Assembly (NCBI GenBank): GCA_047602425.1
Contig: JASGHG010000001.1
Coordinates: forward strand, 2,400,001 to 2,464,000
From: Nibricoccus sp.
GTDB taxonomy: Bacteria > Verrucomicrobiota > Verrucomicrobiia > Opitutales > Opitutaceae
Length of the DNA stretch: 64,000 nucleotides
Direction of reading: 5' to 3'
Shown here: one piece after another, positions 20,340 through 28,312 of the stretch
Layout of the letters: the number at the start of each line of letters is the position of its first letter
How positions within the stretch are numbered: position 1 is the first letter of the stretch
Notes under the pieces: model-generated
Database searches by the model: none
Seen by the model: only the letters and a program-made list of their open reading frames with translations
What the model was told of the DNA's origin: nothing
Made by a program: the position numbers and the translations under genes

Positions 20340-20885
20340 ATGGCATCCTTAGCACTCAAGATTTCTACGGTTACCCCATCAGATAAATTTTCCGCTAGCG
20401 GTCGCGGCTTCATCATTTCGATGAACAGTTGGCTCAAGAAAACAAATGGTGGGGGCTGTCATGGCTTGGCCACTGAAGCGACCATCACGGTCGAGATCAG
20501 TGGTGCAACTCGAGAGGAAGTCATGCCGCTCGTTGATTCGTACGTCCTAAAATTATCGCAATCCGTACCAAACGTTCAGCTCGTCATTAGCGATAGCCAT
20601 GTCCAACCCCTGACGCCTGAGCAAAAAGGTCTCGCGGATTCATTCAATATGGCGCCGACAAAACTCACGTTGAAGTTCTTTAAGACCCTCGCCGCGGGTT
20701 CGTTCATCGCAAGTAACCTCATGCAGACCCGAACTACTTCGATCTTTGCCGAAATTGTGGAACCCCAAGAAACTAGAATGGATCAATGGAAGCGCATACT
20801 TGCTTGCGGTGCGGCTCAACGTACGTGCCATGTCTTCAGATCCGAAGAAGCCTGCAGGCGCTGGTTCGAAGGGTTGGAGCCGTAG
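20340..20885 (+). CDS. Hypothetical protein
   Basis: 181 aa ATG ORF, no recognised motif. Confidence 0.5.
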   Translation: MASLALKISTVTPSDKFSASGRGFIISMNSWLKKTNGGGCHGLATEATITVEISGATREEVMPLVDSYVLKLSQSVPNVQLVISDSHVQPLTPEQKGLADSFNMAPTKLTLKFFKTLAAGSFIASNLMQTRTTSIFAEIVEPQETRMDQWKRILACGAAQRTCHVFRSEEACRRWFEGLEP

Positions 20886-21164
20886 CACGCATTCCGCTAA
20901 CCTACGCTCGCTAACTCCAGTCACTGCTGGCTTGGCTTATTGAGTGTATGTACAAGGAAGTTTGTATGTTTGGTCATTGTACGTTTATACAAGGTTTACT
21001 TCAGCTGAAGAACCTTACTTAGGTCGGCAGCTAATCGAGCAGTGAAGTTGTGAGTTTCCCTGCATCGACGTCGTCTACGTTTCTGACGATTTCGAGGTGA
21101 TGGATCCGTAGTTGAAGAGATACTGAAGGCGATGCTTGACCCCGAAATTGATCACTTTTTGTCG

Positions 21165-22179
21165 TCAGTCTAGCTGCGTTACTGCGTTGAAGACCGTCTC
21201 AACTCTATTGTCGCCAATCCTGCCTTCTTGAATGGTAGCGGCCTTGCCACGCACTGTTTCAGCTCGGATAATCCGATTTCCGCAAACAATACTGAATGTA
21301 TCGCAGAGCGGATGCCAAACTTTGATCGGAGTTGCGCCCCAAACAACAACTATGGGCGATCCAGTTGCGTACCGCAAGGTGCATGACACCGGTGTTAGAC
21401 GTGACGCAGATTGTTGTCCGGCGCACCAAAGCAGCATGCGCAGCAAACGTGATTATATGTTCGGGCACGCGGCATCCCGTAATTCCGTCGGCAATCCAAG
21501 CTGCAATGTGACGTTCGTTTTCCGACCCGAATGGGATGATAACCTCCTCTACAATTCGATGATTTAATAACTCTATTGCGAGAGCCCGCCAATTCTCGCT
21601 GGACCAAGTTCTGTCTGTGTGACTCGAAAAGGGATGAAACACTGCGAAACGCTTAGCGATTGGTGGCGTCAACGCCGGGAAATTGGTGTCGCGTACGGGA
21701 AAATCCAGCTTTGGTTTAGGTAGGCCATGGATCTCTAGTGAATATTTGATTACTAGCCAATCTCGCAGCATTGCGTGCTCATCGGCCCACGCGGGCTGAG
21801 ATTTTTCGATGGAGCACCGCTCAGCAAGCGGGAGGCTCGCACCGTAATTGCCGTAGAGGATCGAGCGAAATTTCTGAGTGCCTATGCAATCGTGCAGAAC
21901 TTTTGCGGCATAGGGTTGCCCGGATAAGTCGATGACGTCGTCGAAGTGAATATCCAGCAAATCTTCGGAACCTTTTGTTAATTTCTGCTCGCGGCCGTCG
22001 CCAGTGACCGTCCACACATGATCGATTTTGGGGAAATCCTCCAGGATTTTTGCCGATTTATCGTAGGTAAGGATATTGATGTGAATTCTGGGATCTTCTG
22101 CTTTGAGCGCAGACAGAGTTGGTGTGAGCAACAGCATGTCACCCATACGCTTTGGCTTGATAATTAAGACACGTCGCAT
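21165..22179 (-). pseudogene. GT9 (heptosyltransferase-like) glycosyltransferase with apparent frameshift
   Basis: MGDMLL.TP.L..LK N-terminus. After NTGVMHLA the expected C-terminus (YATGSPIVVVWGAT..W.P) continues in another frame, with an extra base near 21372. Confidence 0.7.
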
Positions 22180-22250
22180 GGATCGGTGATGTTCACTGAA
22201 TTTAAAACCATTTGCTACCGCCTAATGCGGAAATTAGTAGAACCATTGTT

Positions 22251-22832
22251 TTAGGCGGGTGGGTATTCTTTCCCGAGGCTGCAAAGGGTGCCCCAGGTTA
22301 CAACGATGCGCTTGCCGCCACTTCCTGGAGGTAGTTGGTCTCGGCGAACGAAACGAACATCCACAGTGCAATCGGCTGTTATTCGCACTACAGCGAGCAT
22401 GCTGAAGTTTCCTGAACGCTTCACAGTAACAAATGCCTGCCGCTTGTGCGGCGTGATCGTTTTGATTTCAATGAGCTCGTCGCCAAGACGCCCGTCGTGT
22501 CCTTGTGTATGGCGGCTGCACAACTTCACACCGAAGCGTTCTGCGACATAAGCCTCTCCAATTGAGCCCCAGTCAGGGGAGATTTCGTTGAGCGTGTGCT
22601 CGTAGTGCTCTTTGGCTGCTAGGATCCGAAATAGAAGTTCGGGGCTCGGCTCGCGGTCAACGTCATCGAACTCCGGCTCTATCTCTTCAGTAGGCCGCTG
22701 ACCATTCTCTTGAATATCGATCTGCTCGTTGATCCACACCCAGCTGATCCACTCCCCATCATCCCAGATAGCTTCACTCGAGTCCCGGATTTCAATGCCG
22801 GTCATAGCGCAATACATCGGAGGGCCGCTCAT
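22251..22832 (-). CDS. Hypothetical protein, possible PD-(D/E)xK nuclease-like fold
   Basis: G.IGE.Y.A..FG..L...GHDG...IEIKT pattern; start uncertain. Confidence 0.55.
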   Translation of the reverse strand: MSGPPMYCAMTGIEIRDSSEAIWDDGEWISWVWINEQIDIQENGQRPTEEIEPEFDDVDREPSPELLFRILAAKEHYEHTLNEISPDWGSIGEAYVAERFGVKLCSRHTQGHDGRLGDELIEIKTITPHKRQAFVTVKRSGNFSMLAVVRITADCTVDVRFVRRDQLPPGSGGKRIVVTWGTLCSLGKEYPPA

Positions 22833-23265
22833 GATGATTAGGGACTTTGTCCCAAAGTAGGCACGGGATCGATTCGAAAACGGATCGGTCCAAGTGGACA
22901 TCACGTCACGTCGTTGTTTTCAGCTGCTCAATAAGTCGTGTCGCTTTTTGCGTGGACGAGAAGAAATTTACTGCTGCTGAAAAGTGCGACACGAGATCCT
23001 GACGTTTCGCAAACAGCGACATTTTGTCGGGTTCAAATTTGAATCAACCGCCGCGAAAATATACAGAATACGCCATCTCGTGGGGTTCAGGTGGTGCCAT
23101 TCAAGCAGCACTTTACCACCAAAGAACGAACAGATCGTGGAGAGCGATTTGTTTTACCTCAACAGCAATTCCCAAAAATTATGTGGAAATGGAAATCCTT
23201 CGTGAAGTGAGCTCGGTGTGACGGCTAAGGGACATTTTTCACAAAAAAACCTTCTGCAGTCGTCG

Positions 23266-24177
23266 TCACTTTAGCTGTAGAACTCTGCGTAGTTCTGCGA
23301 CCAGATGAGCAGCTCCGGGGCGAATCGCGACGAGGCGAGGGTTCCAAACGAGCACGATGGGACGGCGCAGTTGATCGAGAATTTTGGACTCAATCACCAC
23401 GTAGTCGACGGGGGCGAGATCCGTCAGCGCCAGTCGAGGTAGAATCGCACCGAATGAACCGGAGCGGACAGCGCTCAACGCATGTGGGAATGACTGGCAC
23501 GCTATAGTGGGAGCGAAAGCTGCGCCGCATGCTTCGGTTAAGCCGCGGAGTTTTTGCGCGAATTGACCGTCGGTTGTTTGCGCAACCAGCGGCACTTTTG
23601 CCAACACTTCTTCCAGCGTCAGCTGTTGAACCTTCGACACGAGTTTGCGCGGTACCACCGCCACGAAAGGAACGTCGCCCAAAGATGCGAACTTGAGCCC
23701 CTCGCCGACCGCGTCGCGCCGAATCAAACCGAAGTCAATGCGGCCATCGTTCAGCTGCTGGACGATTTCGTTGGTGCGGTGATTGTAGGTAGAGAATCGC
23801 ATCGGTGTTTTTCCATGCGAGACTTGCCCCAGTCGTGGAAGGACGAGCCATTGAAGCAGGTTATCGCCCGCCGCGATGCTGTATTCGACAGAGGCGGAAT
23901 GGCACTCTGACCGGAAGTCTTGCAGGGAACGGAGTTGGTGCCGGGCGAGTTCTGCAAGGCGTGTACCTTGAGCCGTGAGTTTGAGAATTTTCCCCTGCCG
24001 CTTGGTTACCTCTACGCCGAAGAATTCCGAAAGCTCGCGGAGTTGGCGGCTGTATTGGCTCTGGCGAATGGGATCGCCGGGAGCTGCTTGGGCAATGCTG
24101 CCAGCATCCTGGACTTCAACCAGAACCTTGAGGCGATCGAGAGAGAGGCCGCGTTCGGCAAAGAGTTGGTCAAACAT
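23266..24177 (-). CDS. LysR-family transcriptional regulator, divergent from the tRNA array
   Basis: N-terminal HTH (GSIAQAA..QSQYSRQLRELSEFFG..L..LT..G) plus substrate-binding domain, 303 aa. Confidence 0.88.
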   Translation of the reverse strand: MFDQLFAERGLSLDRLKVLVEVQDAGSIAQAAPGDPIRQSQYSRQLRELSEFFGVEVTKRQGKILKLTAQGTRLAELARHQLRSLQDFRSECHSASVEYSIAAGDNLLQWLVLPRLGQVSHGKTPMRFSTYNHRTNEIVQQLNDGRIDFGLIRRDAVGEGLKFASLGDVPFVAVVPRKLVSKVQQLTLEEVLAKVPLVAQTTDGQFAQKLRGLTEACGAAFAPTIACQSFPHALSAVRSGSFGAILPRLALTDLAPVDYVVIESKILDQLRRPIVLVWNPRLVAIRPGAAHLVAELRRVLQLK

Positions 24178-24359
24178 GACTATTAAGTCAGGTATCCTGA
24201 GTAATCCTGCATGGCAAGATTTCTAACGATCAGTTAAGGTTAGCCCGTCAACAGAGCCGGGAATTAAGAATCACGAGAAATATTTAAAACACCTCTTGAT
24301 TTTTGAAACTCTGGATCCGTTGTAACTCTTCGAACACACATTCGTCACAACTTTCCGCC

Positions 24360-24515
24360 ATGAAATCCACACGACTTATAACAACCTCAGCCCTCCGGCT
24401 AGCGGAGAGGCATTGGTCGTGTGGCCAGCAGATCGCCAAGACGACCATGCGTAGAGGTTTGGAAAGTTTCCGACCCGATTACGCGAATATTAACCAAGGA
24501 AGTGGAGTAACCTGA
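24360..24515 (+). CDS. Putative 51-aa attenuator leader peptide
   Basis: ATG..TGA, MKSTRLITTSALRLAERHWSCGQQIAKTTMRRGLESFRPDYANINQGSGVT; last codons contain an antiterminator strand. Confidence 0.6.
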   Translation: MKSTRLITTSALRLAERHWSCGQQIAKTTMRRGLESFRPDYANINQGSGVT

Positions 24516-24540
24516 GCAACGACTTTACGTAGACTCACGG

Positions 24541-24569
24541 AACCCACTTCCCTCAGAAGTGGGTTTTTT
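24541..24569 (+). terminator. Intrinsic terminator (attenuator) upstream of the tRNA array
   Basis: AACCCACTTC-cctca-GAAGTGGGTT followed by T run. Confidence 0.85.
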
Positions 24570-24715
24570 CATGCCTGAAAAGCCGCTTCTGGGATCCGAG
24601 CAAGACTCGTTTTTCCAAGTTTCAAGCGGCTTCACAGCTGAGCCCAGGTCAATCAGCCAACGTCCGCACAAAATCCCGCGGCCGTCCAAACCACTCGCAA
24701 AGTGATAGGGCCGGA

Positions 24716-24735
24716 GGTGTGTGTTCTTTTTTGCG
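24716..24735. repeat. Left arm of 20-bp perfect inverted repeat bracketing the array
   Basis: GGTGTGTGTTCTTTTTTGCG is the exact reverse complement of 31197-31216. Confidence 0.9.
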
Positions 24736-24986
24736 ATGGAGCGCGAAGCGCGGAAACGGCGCCAGCCCCGAACCCTGTGAGGGGTGAGGTGCGCGGGTGC
24801 CCGCTCTGCGGGCGCGCTCCGAACAATGCAGGAGCCGAACAAGCTCCTGCACTAATATATCAAGATGCGGTGCGCTTAGATGGCGTTAAACGGCGATGCC
24901 GGCCGCATTTTCAATTTTCCCGCGCATGAGCTAAAGACCGACAGTGTTGTTATATTTGTTGTGAGGTCACGGCTCTAGCGCGAAAA

Positions 24987-25064
24987 CGCCTTGTCGTCTA
25001 ACAAGCACAGGATCCCGGAATTTCAAACCGAGGGATGCGGGTGCGAATCCCGTCGAGGCGACCA
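24987..25064 (+). tRNA. tRNA-Glu(TTC), weak anticodon stem
   Basis: CGCCTTG/CGAGGCG acceptor, loop ATTTCAA, ACCA end. Confidence 0.7.
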
Positions 25065-25173
25065 GTTTGTTCGAACAAGCGCCGGTTCTTAATCCGAGAC
25101 CGGAGTGCGCAGTCCCTATCGGATTTCCAAGGAGCCAACCGGCGGCCAAAGCCGGCAGGGGATAATTTCCAAT

Positions 25174-25247
25174 GCGCGTGTGGCGTAACAGCAACGTGCC
25201 GGTCTGCCAGTCCGGAGTTCCGAGTGCGATCCTCGGCATGCGCACCA
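25174..25247 (+). tRNA. tRNA-Gly(GCC)
   Basis: Cloverleaf, loop CT-GCC-AG, CCA end. Confidence 0.85.
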
Positions 25248-25254
25248 TTTTTAT

Positions 25255-25345
25255 GCGCCGGTACCCATAGCAGCGATTGGTCCAGACTTTTAATCTGGAG
25301 AGCCGCAATGCTCCACCGGGGGTGCAAGTCCCTCTCGGCGCACCA
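25255..25345 (+). tRNA. tRNA-Lys(TTT) with long variable arm
   Basis: CCAGA CT-TTT-AA TCTGG; extra GAGC..GCTC arm; CCA end. Confidence 0.78.
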
Positions 25346-25366
25346 TTTTAATAGATACAATTTCCT

Positions 25367-25444
25367 GCACGTCGAGGGAGCCAGCGAACCCAGCTGCCTG
25401 CAAAGCAGTGTTTCAGCACGGTGCGACACCGTGGACGTGCTCCA
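25367..25444 (+). tRNA. tRNA-Cys(GCA)
   Basis: Loop CT-GCA-AA, U73 discriminator, CCA. Confidence 0.85.
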
Positions 25445-25453
25445 TTTTAGTTT

Positions 25454-25528
25454 GGGGATATGGCCGAGTTAGAAAGGCATCCGCCCTGCAAGCGGACCAT
25501 GAGGGTGCGAATCCCTCTATCTCCACCA
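25454..25528 (+). tRNA. tRNA-Ala(TGC)
   Basis: G3:U70 pair, loop CC-TGC-AA, CCA. Confidence 0.85.
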
Positions 25529-25564
25529 ATTTCCCCCGGTTTTGCGCGAGTGGGCCGGGTTCAA

Positions 25565-25639
25565 GCCTGAGAGGTGTTGATAGATACACGACCGTCTTCC
25601 AAGCGGATGTAGCCGGCGCGATACCGGCCTCGGGCACCA
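25565..25639 (+). tRNA. tRNA-Gly(TCC)
   Basis: Loop CT-TCC-AA, acceptor GCCTGAG/CTCGGGC, CCA. Confidence 0.8.
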
Positions 25640-25646
25640 TTTTTAT

Positions 25647-25724
25647 AGCAGGATGGAGGAGCGGCCGTCCTCACCAGCCTCATAAGCTGCGAGATCGCTG
25701 GTTCAAATCCAGCTCCTGCTACCA
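25647..25724 (+). tRNA. tRNA-Met(CAT), initiator-like body; only array tRNA with canonical TTC T-loop
   Basis: Loop CT-CAT-AA, GGTTCAAATCC, D-loop GG, CCA. Confidence 0.85.
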
Positions 25725-25730
25725 TTTCAT

Positions 25731-25805
25731 ACGGACGTGGCAGACAAGCAATGCAGCGGTCTCCAAAACCGCCTTATGGGGGCGCGATACCCTCCGTCCG
25801 TGCCA
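25731..25805 (+). tRNA. tRNA-Trp(CCA)
   Basis: GCGGT CT-CCA-AA ACCGC, GCCA end. Confidence 0.85.
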
Positions 25806-25902
25806 ATTTGCAATATGAAGAGTAACACTTCGCCAAGGGCGAAGGACGAGTAAAAGTCTCGTTGAAGCAATAAACGGTACTGTGTCGAACGGTGCTGTTT
25901 TT

Positions 25903-25978
25903 GGAGGTTAGGCCGATCTAGTGATGGCACGTGGTTGAAGCCCACGAGAGCGCGGCGCGAAACCGCGAGCCTCCACCA
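25903..25978 (+). tRNA. tRNA-Phe(GAA)
   Basis: CGTGG TT-GAA-GC CCACG, ACCA end. Confidence 0.82.
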
Positions 25979-25987
25979 ATTTGTTAT

Positions 25988-26063
25988 CGGGGTGTAGCGT
26001 AGCAGCCAACGCGCTCGGCTTGGGACCGAAAGATCGCAGGTGCAACTCCTGTCACCCCGACCA
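25988..26063 (+). tRNA. tRNA-Pro(TGG)
   Basis: C1:G72, loop CT-TGG-GA, ACCA. Confidence 0.85.
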
Positions 26064-26068
26064 ATTTT

Positions 26069-26144
26069 CAGGTGTGTGGCCCAGTTAGCGGGGCACCGGC
26101 CCGTGAAGCCGGGGAAATGGGTGCAAATCCCATCCACCTGACCA
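26069..26144 (+). tRNA. tRNA-His(GTG), atypical (A73, no genomic G-1)
   Basis: CCGGC CC-GTG-AA GCCGG; acceptor CAGGTG/CACCTG; ACCA. Confidence 0.7.
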
Positions 26145-26148
26145 CTCC

Positions 26149-26225
26149 GCTCGTGGAGCCGAAGTAGTCGAGGCAACCCTCTGTCTAAGGGAAGTCAGCC
26201 GGTGCGAGTCCGGTCACGAGCGCCA
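26149..26225 (+). tRNA. tRNA-Asp(GTC)
   Basis: Loop CT-GTC-TA, G73, CCA. Confidence 0.82.
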
Positions 26226-26231
26226 ATTTTT

Positions 26232-26308
26232 CGAGGCGTCGCCTAGTAGCTATGGCAGCTGGCCTACATCCAGCCATTCCGGGGGTGCAAGTCCCTCCGC
26301 CTCGACCA
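26232..26308 (+). tRNA. tRNA-Val(TAC)
   Basis: GCTGG CC-TAC-AT CCAGC, ACCA. Confidence 0.82.
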
Positions 26309-26309
26309 T

Positions 26310-26384
26310 TGCCGAGTAGCACAACAGTAGTGCGACGCCCTGTTAAGGCGCTAGGTGCAAGTGCGAATCTTGCCTCGGCAGCCA
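26310..26384 (+). tRNA. tRNA-Asn(GTT)
   Basis: U1:A72, loop CT-GTT-AA, GCCA. Confidence 0.85.
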
Positions 26385-26389
26385 TTTTT

Positions 26390-26465
26390 CGTCGGCGAGA
26401 CGGCCAGTGAAGTCACCTGCCCGACATGCAGGCATCGCTCGGTGCGACACCGAGGCCGACGACCA
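26390..26465 (+). tRNA. tRNA-Val(GAC)
   Basis: CCTGC CC-GAC-AT GCAGG, ACCA. Confidence 0.8.
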
Positions 26466-26559
26466 TGTCCTTAGCTGTGTCGGAGGGTTGGGCACAGCGA
26501 GGAGATCAGCTGGCCCGGCGATAAGCCGGAGACGAGTGCCTCCGCTCCGCCAGCACCAT

Positions 26560-26634
26560 CCGGATGTAGTGTAGCAGCAACACGCTCGCCTCGGACGCGA
26601 GTGACCGAGGGTGCAACTCCCTCCGTCCGGACCA
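26560..26634 (+). tRNA. tRNA-Pro(CGG)
   Basis: CTCGC CT-CGG-AC GCGAG, C1:G72, ACCA. Confidence 0.82.
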
Positions 26635-26640
26635 ATTTAT

Positions 26641-26715
26641 TGCGGTGTCGTCTAACACGTAGGACAGCGGACTTTGAATCCGTTTGTGGAGGTGCGAATC
26701 CTCCCGCCGCAGCCA
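26641..26715 (+). tRNA. tRNA-Gln(TTG)
   Basis: U1:A72, loop CT-TTG-AA, GCCA. Confidence 0.85.
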
Positions 26716-26719
26716 GCTT

Positions 26720-26859
26720 GGGTCGCAAGCTTTAATCGTGAAGCAGCCGGCTCTTAACCGGCAGAACTCGGAGCATTTGACTCGCGCGTACGCGCTCGGG
26801 GCCTTGCCCCTAACCTGCTGGTTAGCCGCTCCGCGTTGCTCCGCCGAGGCGGCCCACCA
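26720..26859 (+). tRNA. tRNA-Lys(CTT) interrupted by ~65-nt insertion in the T-loop (26777-26841)
   Basis: GGGTCGC/GCGGCCC acceptor, GCCGG CT-CTT-AA CCGGC, T-stem CTCGG/CCGAG separated by insert. Confidence 0.75.
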
Positions 26860-26860
26860 T

Positions 26861-26936
26861 GGCTCGATGGCGCAGCATGTAGCGCAGCTCCCTCATAAGG
26901 AGAAGGTCGCGGGTGCGAATCCCGCTCGAGCCCCCA
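26861..26936 (+). tRNA. tRNA-Met(CAT) elongator-like (Ile2 not excluded)
   Basis: Loop CT-CAT-AA, GGCTCGA/TCGAGCC, CCA. Confidence 0.8.
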
Positions 26937-26943
26937 TTTTCAG

Positions 26944-27031
26944 CGGGACGTGGCAGAGCAGCAAATGCAACGCACTGTAAATGCGTCGGCTTCACAGCCT
27001 ATCACTGGTGCAAGTCCAGTCGGCCCGACCA
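26944..27031 (+). tRNA. tRNA-Tyr(GTA)
   Basis: ACGCA CT-GTA-AA TGCGT, long variable arm, ACCA. Confidence 0.85.
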
Positions 27032-27146
27032 CTTTCTCAGTCTCATGGGTGCCAACAACTCATGCTTTTGTCGGTAAAGGTTAAAACCGGCCAGCAGTTC
27101 TGGTGGATCAGAGCAATCGTTAGGTTTTCGCGTAAAAAACCGTTAT

Positions 27147-27222
27147 GCCTCTTAAGCATAGTTAGCGATGCAACTCCTTGGTAAGGAGTAGATGGTCGGC
27201 GCACATCCGACAGGAGGCTCCA
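27147..27222 (+). tRNA. tRNA-Thr(GGT)
   Basis: ACTCC TT-GGT-AA GGAGT, TCCA. Confidence 0.85.
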
Positions 27223-27228
27223 TTTTAT

Positions 27229-27386
27229 GCGAGCGTGGCGGAATAGCATACGCGCCGGCCCGAGATGCCGGTGAGCGCAAGCTCATGAGGGTGCGATTGA
27301 CTCGTATTCGGCGAGCGAATACTCGGGCCTGCGGCCCACGCCTGACGGCATGCCGTTCCGCTTCGCTTCACCCTCCGTTCGCACCA
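27229..27386 (+). tRNA. tRNA-Leu(GAG) interrupted by ~72-nt insertion in the T-loop (27297-27368)
   Basis: Leu-type D arm, CCGGC CC-GAG-AT GCCGG, long variable arm, T-stem GAGGG/CCCTC separated by insert, ACCA. Confidence 0.75.
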
Positions 27387-27392
27387 ATTTAT

Positions 27393-27482
27393 CGCGGCGT
27401 GGTTGGAATCAGTATACACAGCGGTCTCAAAATCCGCTGGGCTTCAACGCCCGTGCCGGTGCGAGTCCGGCCGCCGCGACCA
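27393..27482 (+). tRNA. tRNA-Leu(CAA)
   Basis: Loop CT-CAA-AA, long variable arm, ACCA. Confidence 0.82.
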
Positions 27483-27483
27483 T

Positions 27484-27571
27484 GCGGCTGTGTGTGGAAA
27501 AGTAGACCGAGCGGTTTTAAAAACCGCTGCGCCTCTGGCGCGTGGGCGTGCAAGTCGCCCCAGCCGCACCA
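27484..27571 (+). tRNA. tRNA-Leu(TAA)
   Basis: GCGGT TT-TAA-AA ACCGC, long variable arm, ACCA. Confidence 0.82.
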
Positions 27572-27580
27572 ATTTACTAT

Positions 27581-27667
27581 CGGCAAGTGGTGGAACAAGC
27601 ATACACGCGAGTCTCAGAAACTCGAGGGCGCGAGCCTGTGCAGGTGCAAATCCTGTCTTGCCGACCA
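27581..27667 (+). tRNA. tRNA-Leu(CAG)
   Basis: CGAGT CT-CAG-AA ACTCG, long variable arm, ACCA. Confidence 0.85.
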
Positions 27668-27676
27668 TTTTTCTAT

Positions 27677-27753
27677 CGCCCTGTCCTCTAACGAGCACAG
27701 GAGACCCGTTTCTCAAATGGGCAATGTGGGTGCGAGTCCCATTGGGGCGACCA
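27677..27753 (+). tRNA. tRNA-Glu(CTC)
   Basis: CCCGT TT-CTC-AA ATGGG, ACCA. Confidence 0.82.
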
Positions 27754-27757
27754 TTGA

Positions 27758-27849
27758 CGCCGCGTAGTTCAAAGTGAACCGTCCGCCTTATAAACGGAAT
27801 CGCGCTAGATGAGCGCCAGGCCCGGGAGCGTTACCCGGCGCGGCGACCA
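27758..27849 (+). tRNA. tRNA-Ile(TAT) with long variable arm
   Basis: Loop CT-TAT-AA, extra GCGCT/AGCGC arm, CGCCGCG/CGCGGCG acceptor, ACCA. Confidence 0.7.
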
Positions 27850-27851
27850 AC

Positions 27852-27925
27852 TTTGGGGTAGTGAGGACAGGGTTACTTCGTTCGAAACACGACAAAACAA
27901 CACCTTGTTCAGATTTCTCCTCAAA
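27852..27925 (+). ncRNA. Y-RNA-like unit 1 (minimal, no tRNA module)
   Basis: GGTAGTGAG..TACTTC..TCTCC scaffold with paired termini. Confidence 0.65.
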
Positions 27926-27929
27926 ATAT

Positions 27930-28004
27930 GCCTCTTATGTGTAGTTATCGACGCGCGGCGCTTGTACCGCTGATAGGCCGGCGCAAATCCGGCAGGAGGC
28001 TCCA
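27930..28004 (+). tRNA. tRNA-Thr(TGT)
   Basis: CGGCG CT-TGT-AC CGCTG; same acceptor as Thr(GGT); TCCA. Confidence 0.75.
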
Positions 28005-28006
28005 AT

Positions 28007-28143
28007 TTTCGGGTAGTGAGATCAGGGATACTTCGCCTCCTAAGCGCGTGGTTGTCGGTTCGAGTCCGGCCCTCTCCAAAATTCACGGGGAGGTAGCTCA
28101 ATGGTAGAGCACGTTAAACGCCCTGGCCGGTTTTCTCCCGAAA
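28007..28143 (+). ncRNA. Y-RNA-like unit 2 (YrlA-like, permuted tRNA module)
   Basis: Scaffold, then T arm GTCGG TTCGAGT CCGGC, loop-closed acceptor, D arm TAGCTCAATGGTAGAGC. Confidence 0.8.
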
Positions 28144-28148
28144 CAATT

Positions 28149-28307
28149 TTCTGGGTAGTGAAGGTAGAGATACTTCGCCACCAAAGCGACGCGACCGCTA
28201 TTCCCCGTGCCCGCCGGCAAGCTGGGCTGCGAATACGAGCGCTGGTCCATTGAGCAATCGGTGGATCAGAAGGGCTCTAGGGGAGCTTTGCCTGTTTTCT
28301 CCCAGAA
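28149..28307 (+). ncRNA. Y-RNA-like unit 3 (non-tRNA multi-hairpin module)
   Basis: TTCTGGG/CCCAGAA termini, AGGTAGAG/CTTTGCCT inner stem, conserved motifs. Confidence 0.7.
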
Positions 28308-28312
28308 TAGTT

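Noticed and set aside
25812..25870. Hammerhead ribozyme in a spacer (TGAAGAG..hairpins)
   Set aside because: The CTGANGA and GAAA core could not be placed with proper stems
26777..27368. Group I or II self-splicing introns in the tRNAs
   Set aside because: Inserts of 65-72 nt are too short and lack the catalytic core; the position is not the anticodon loop
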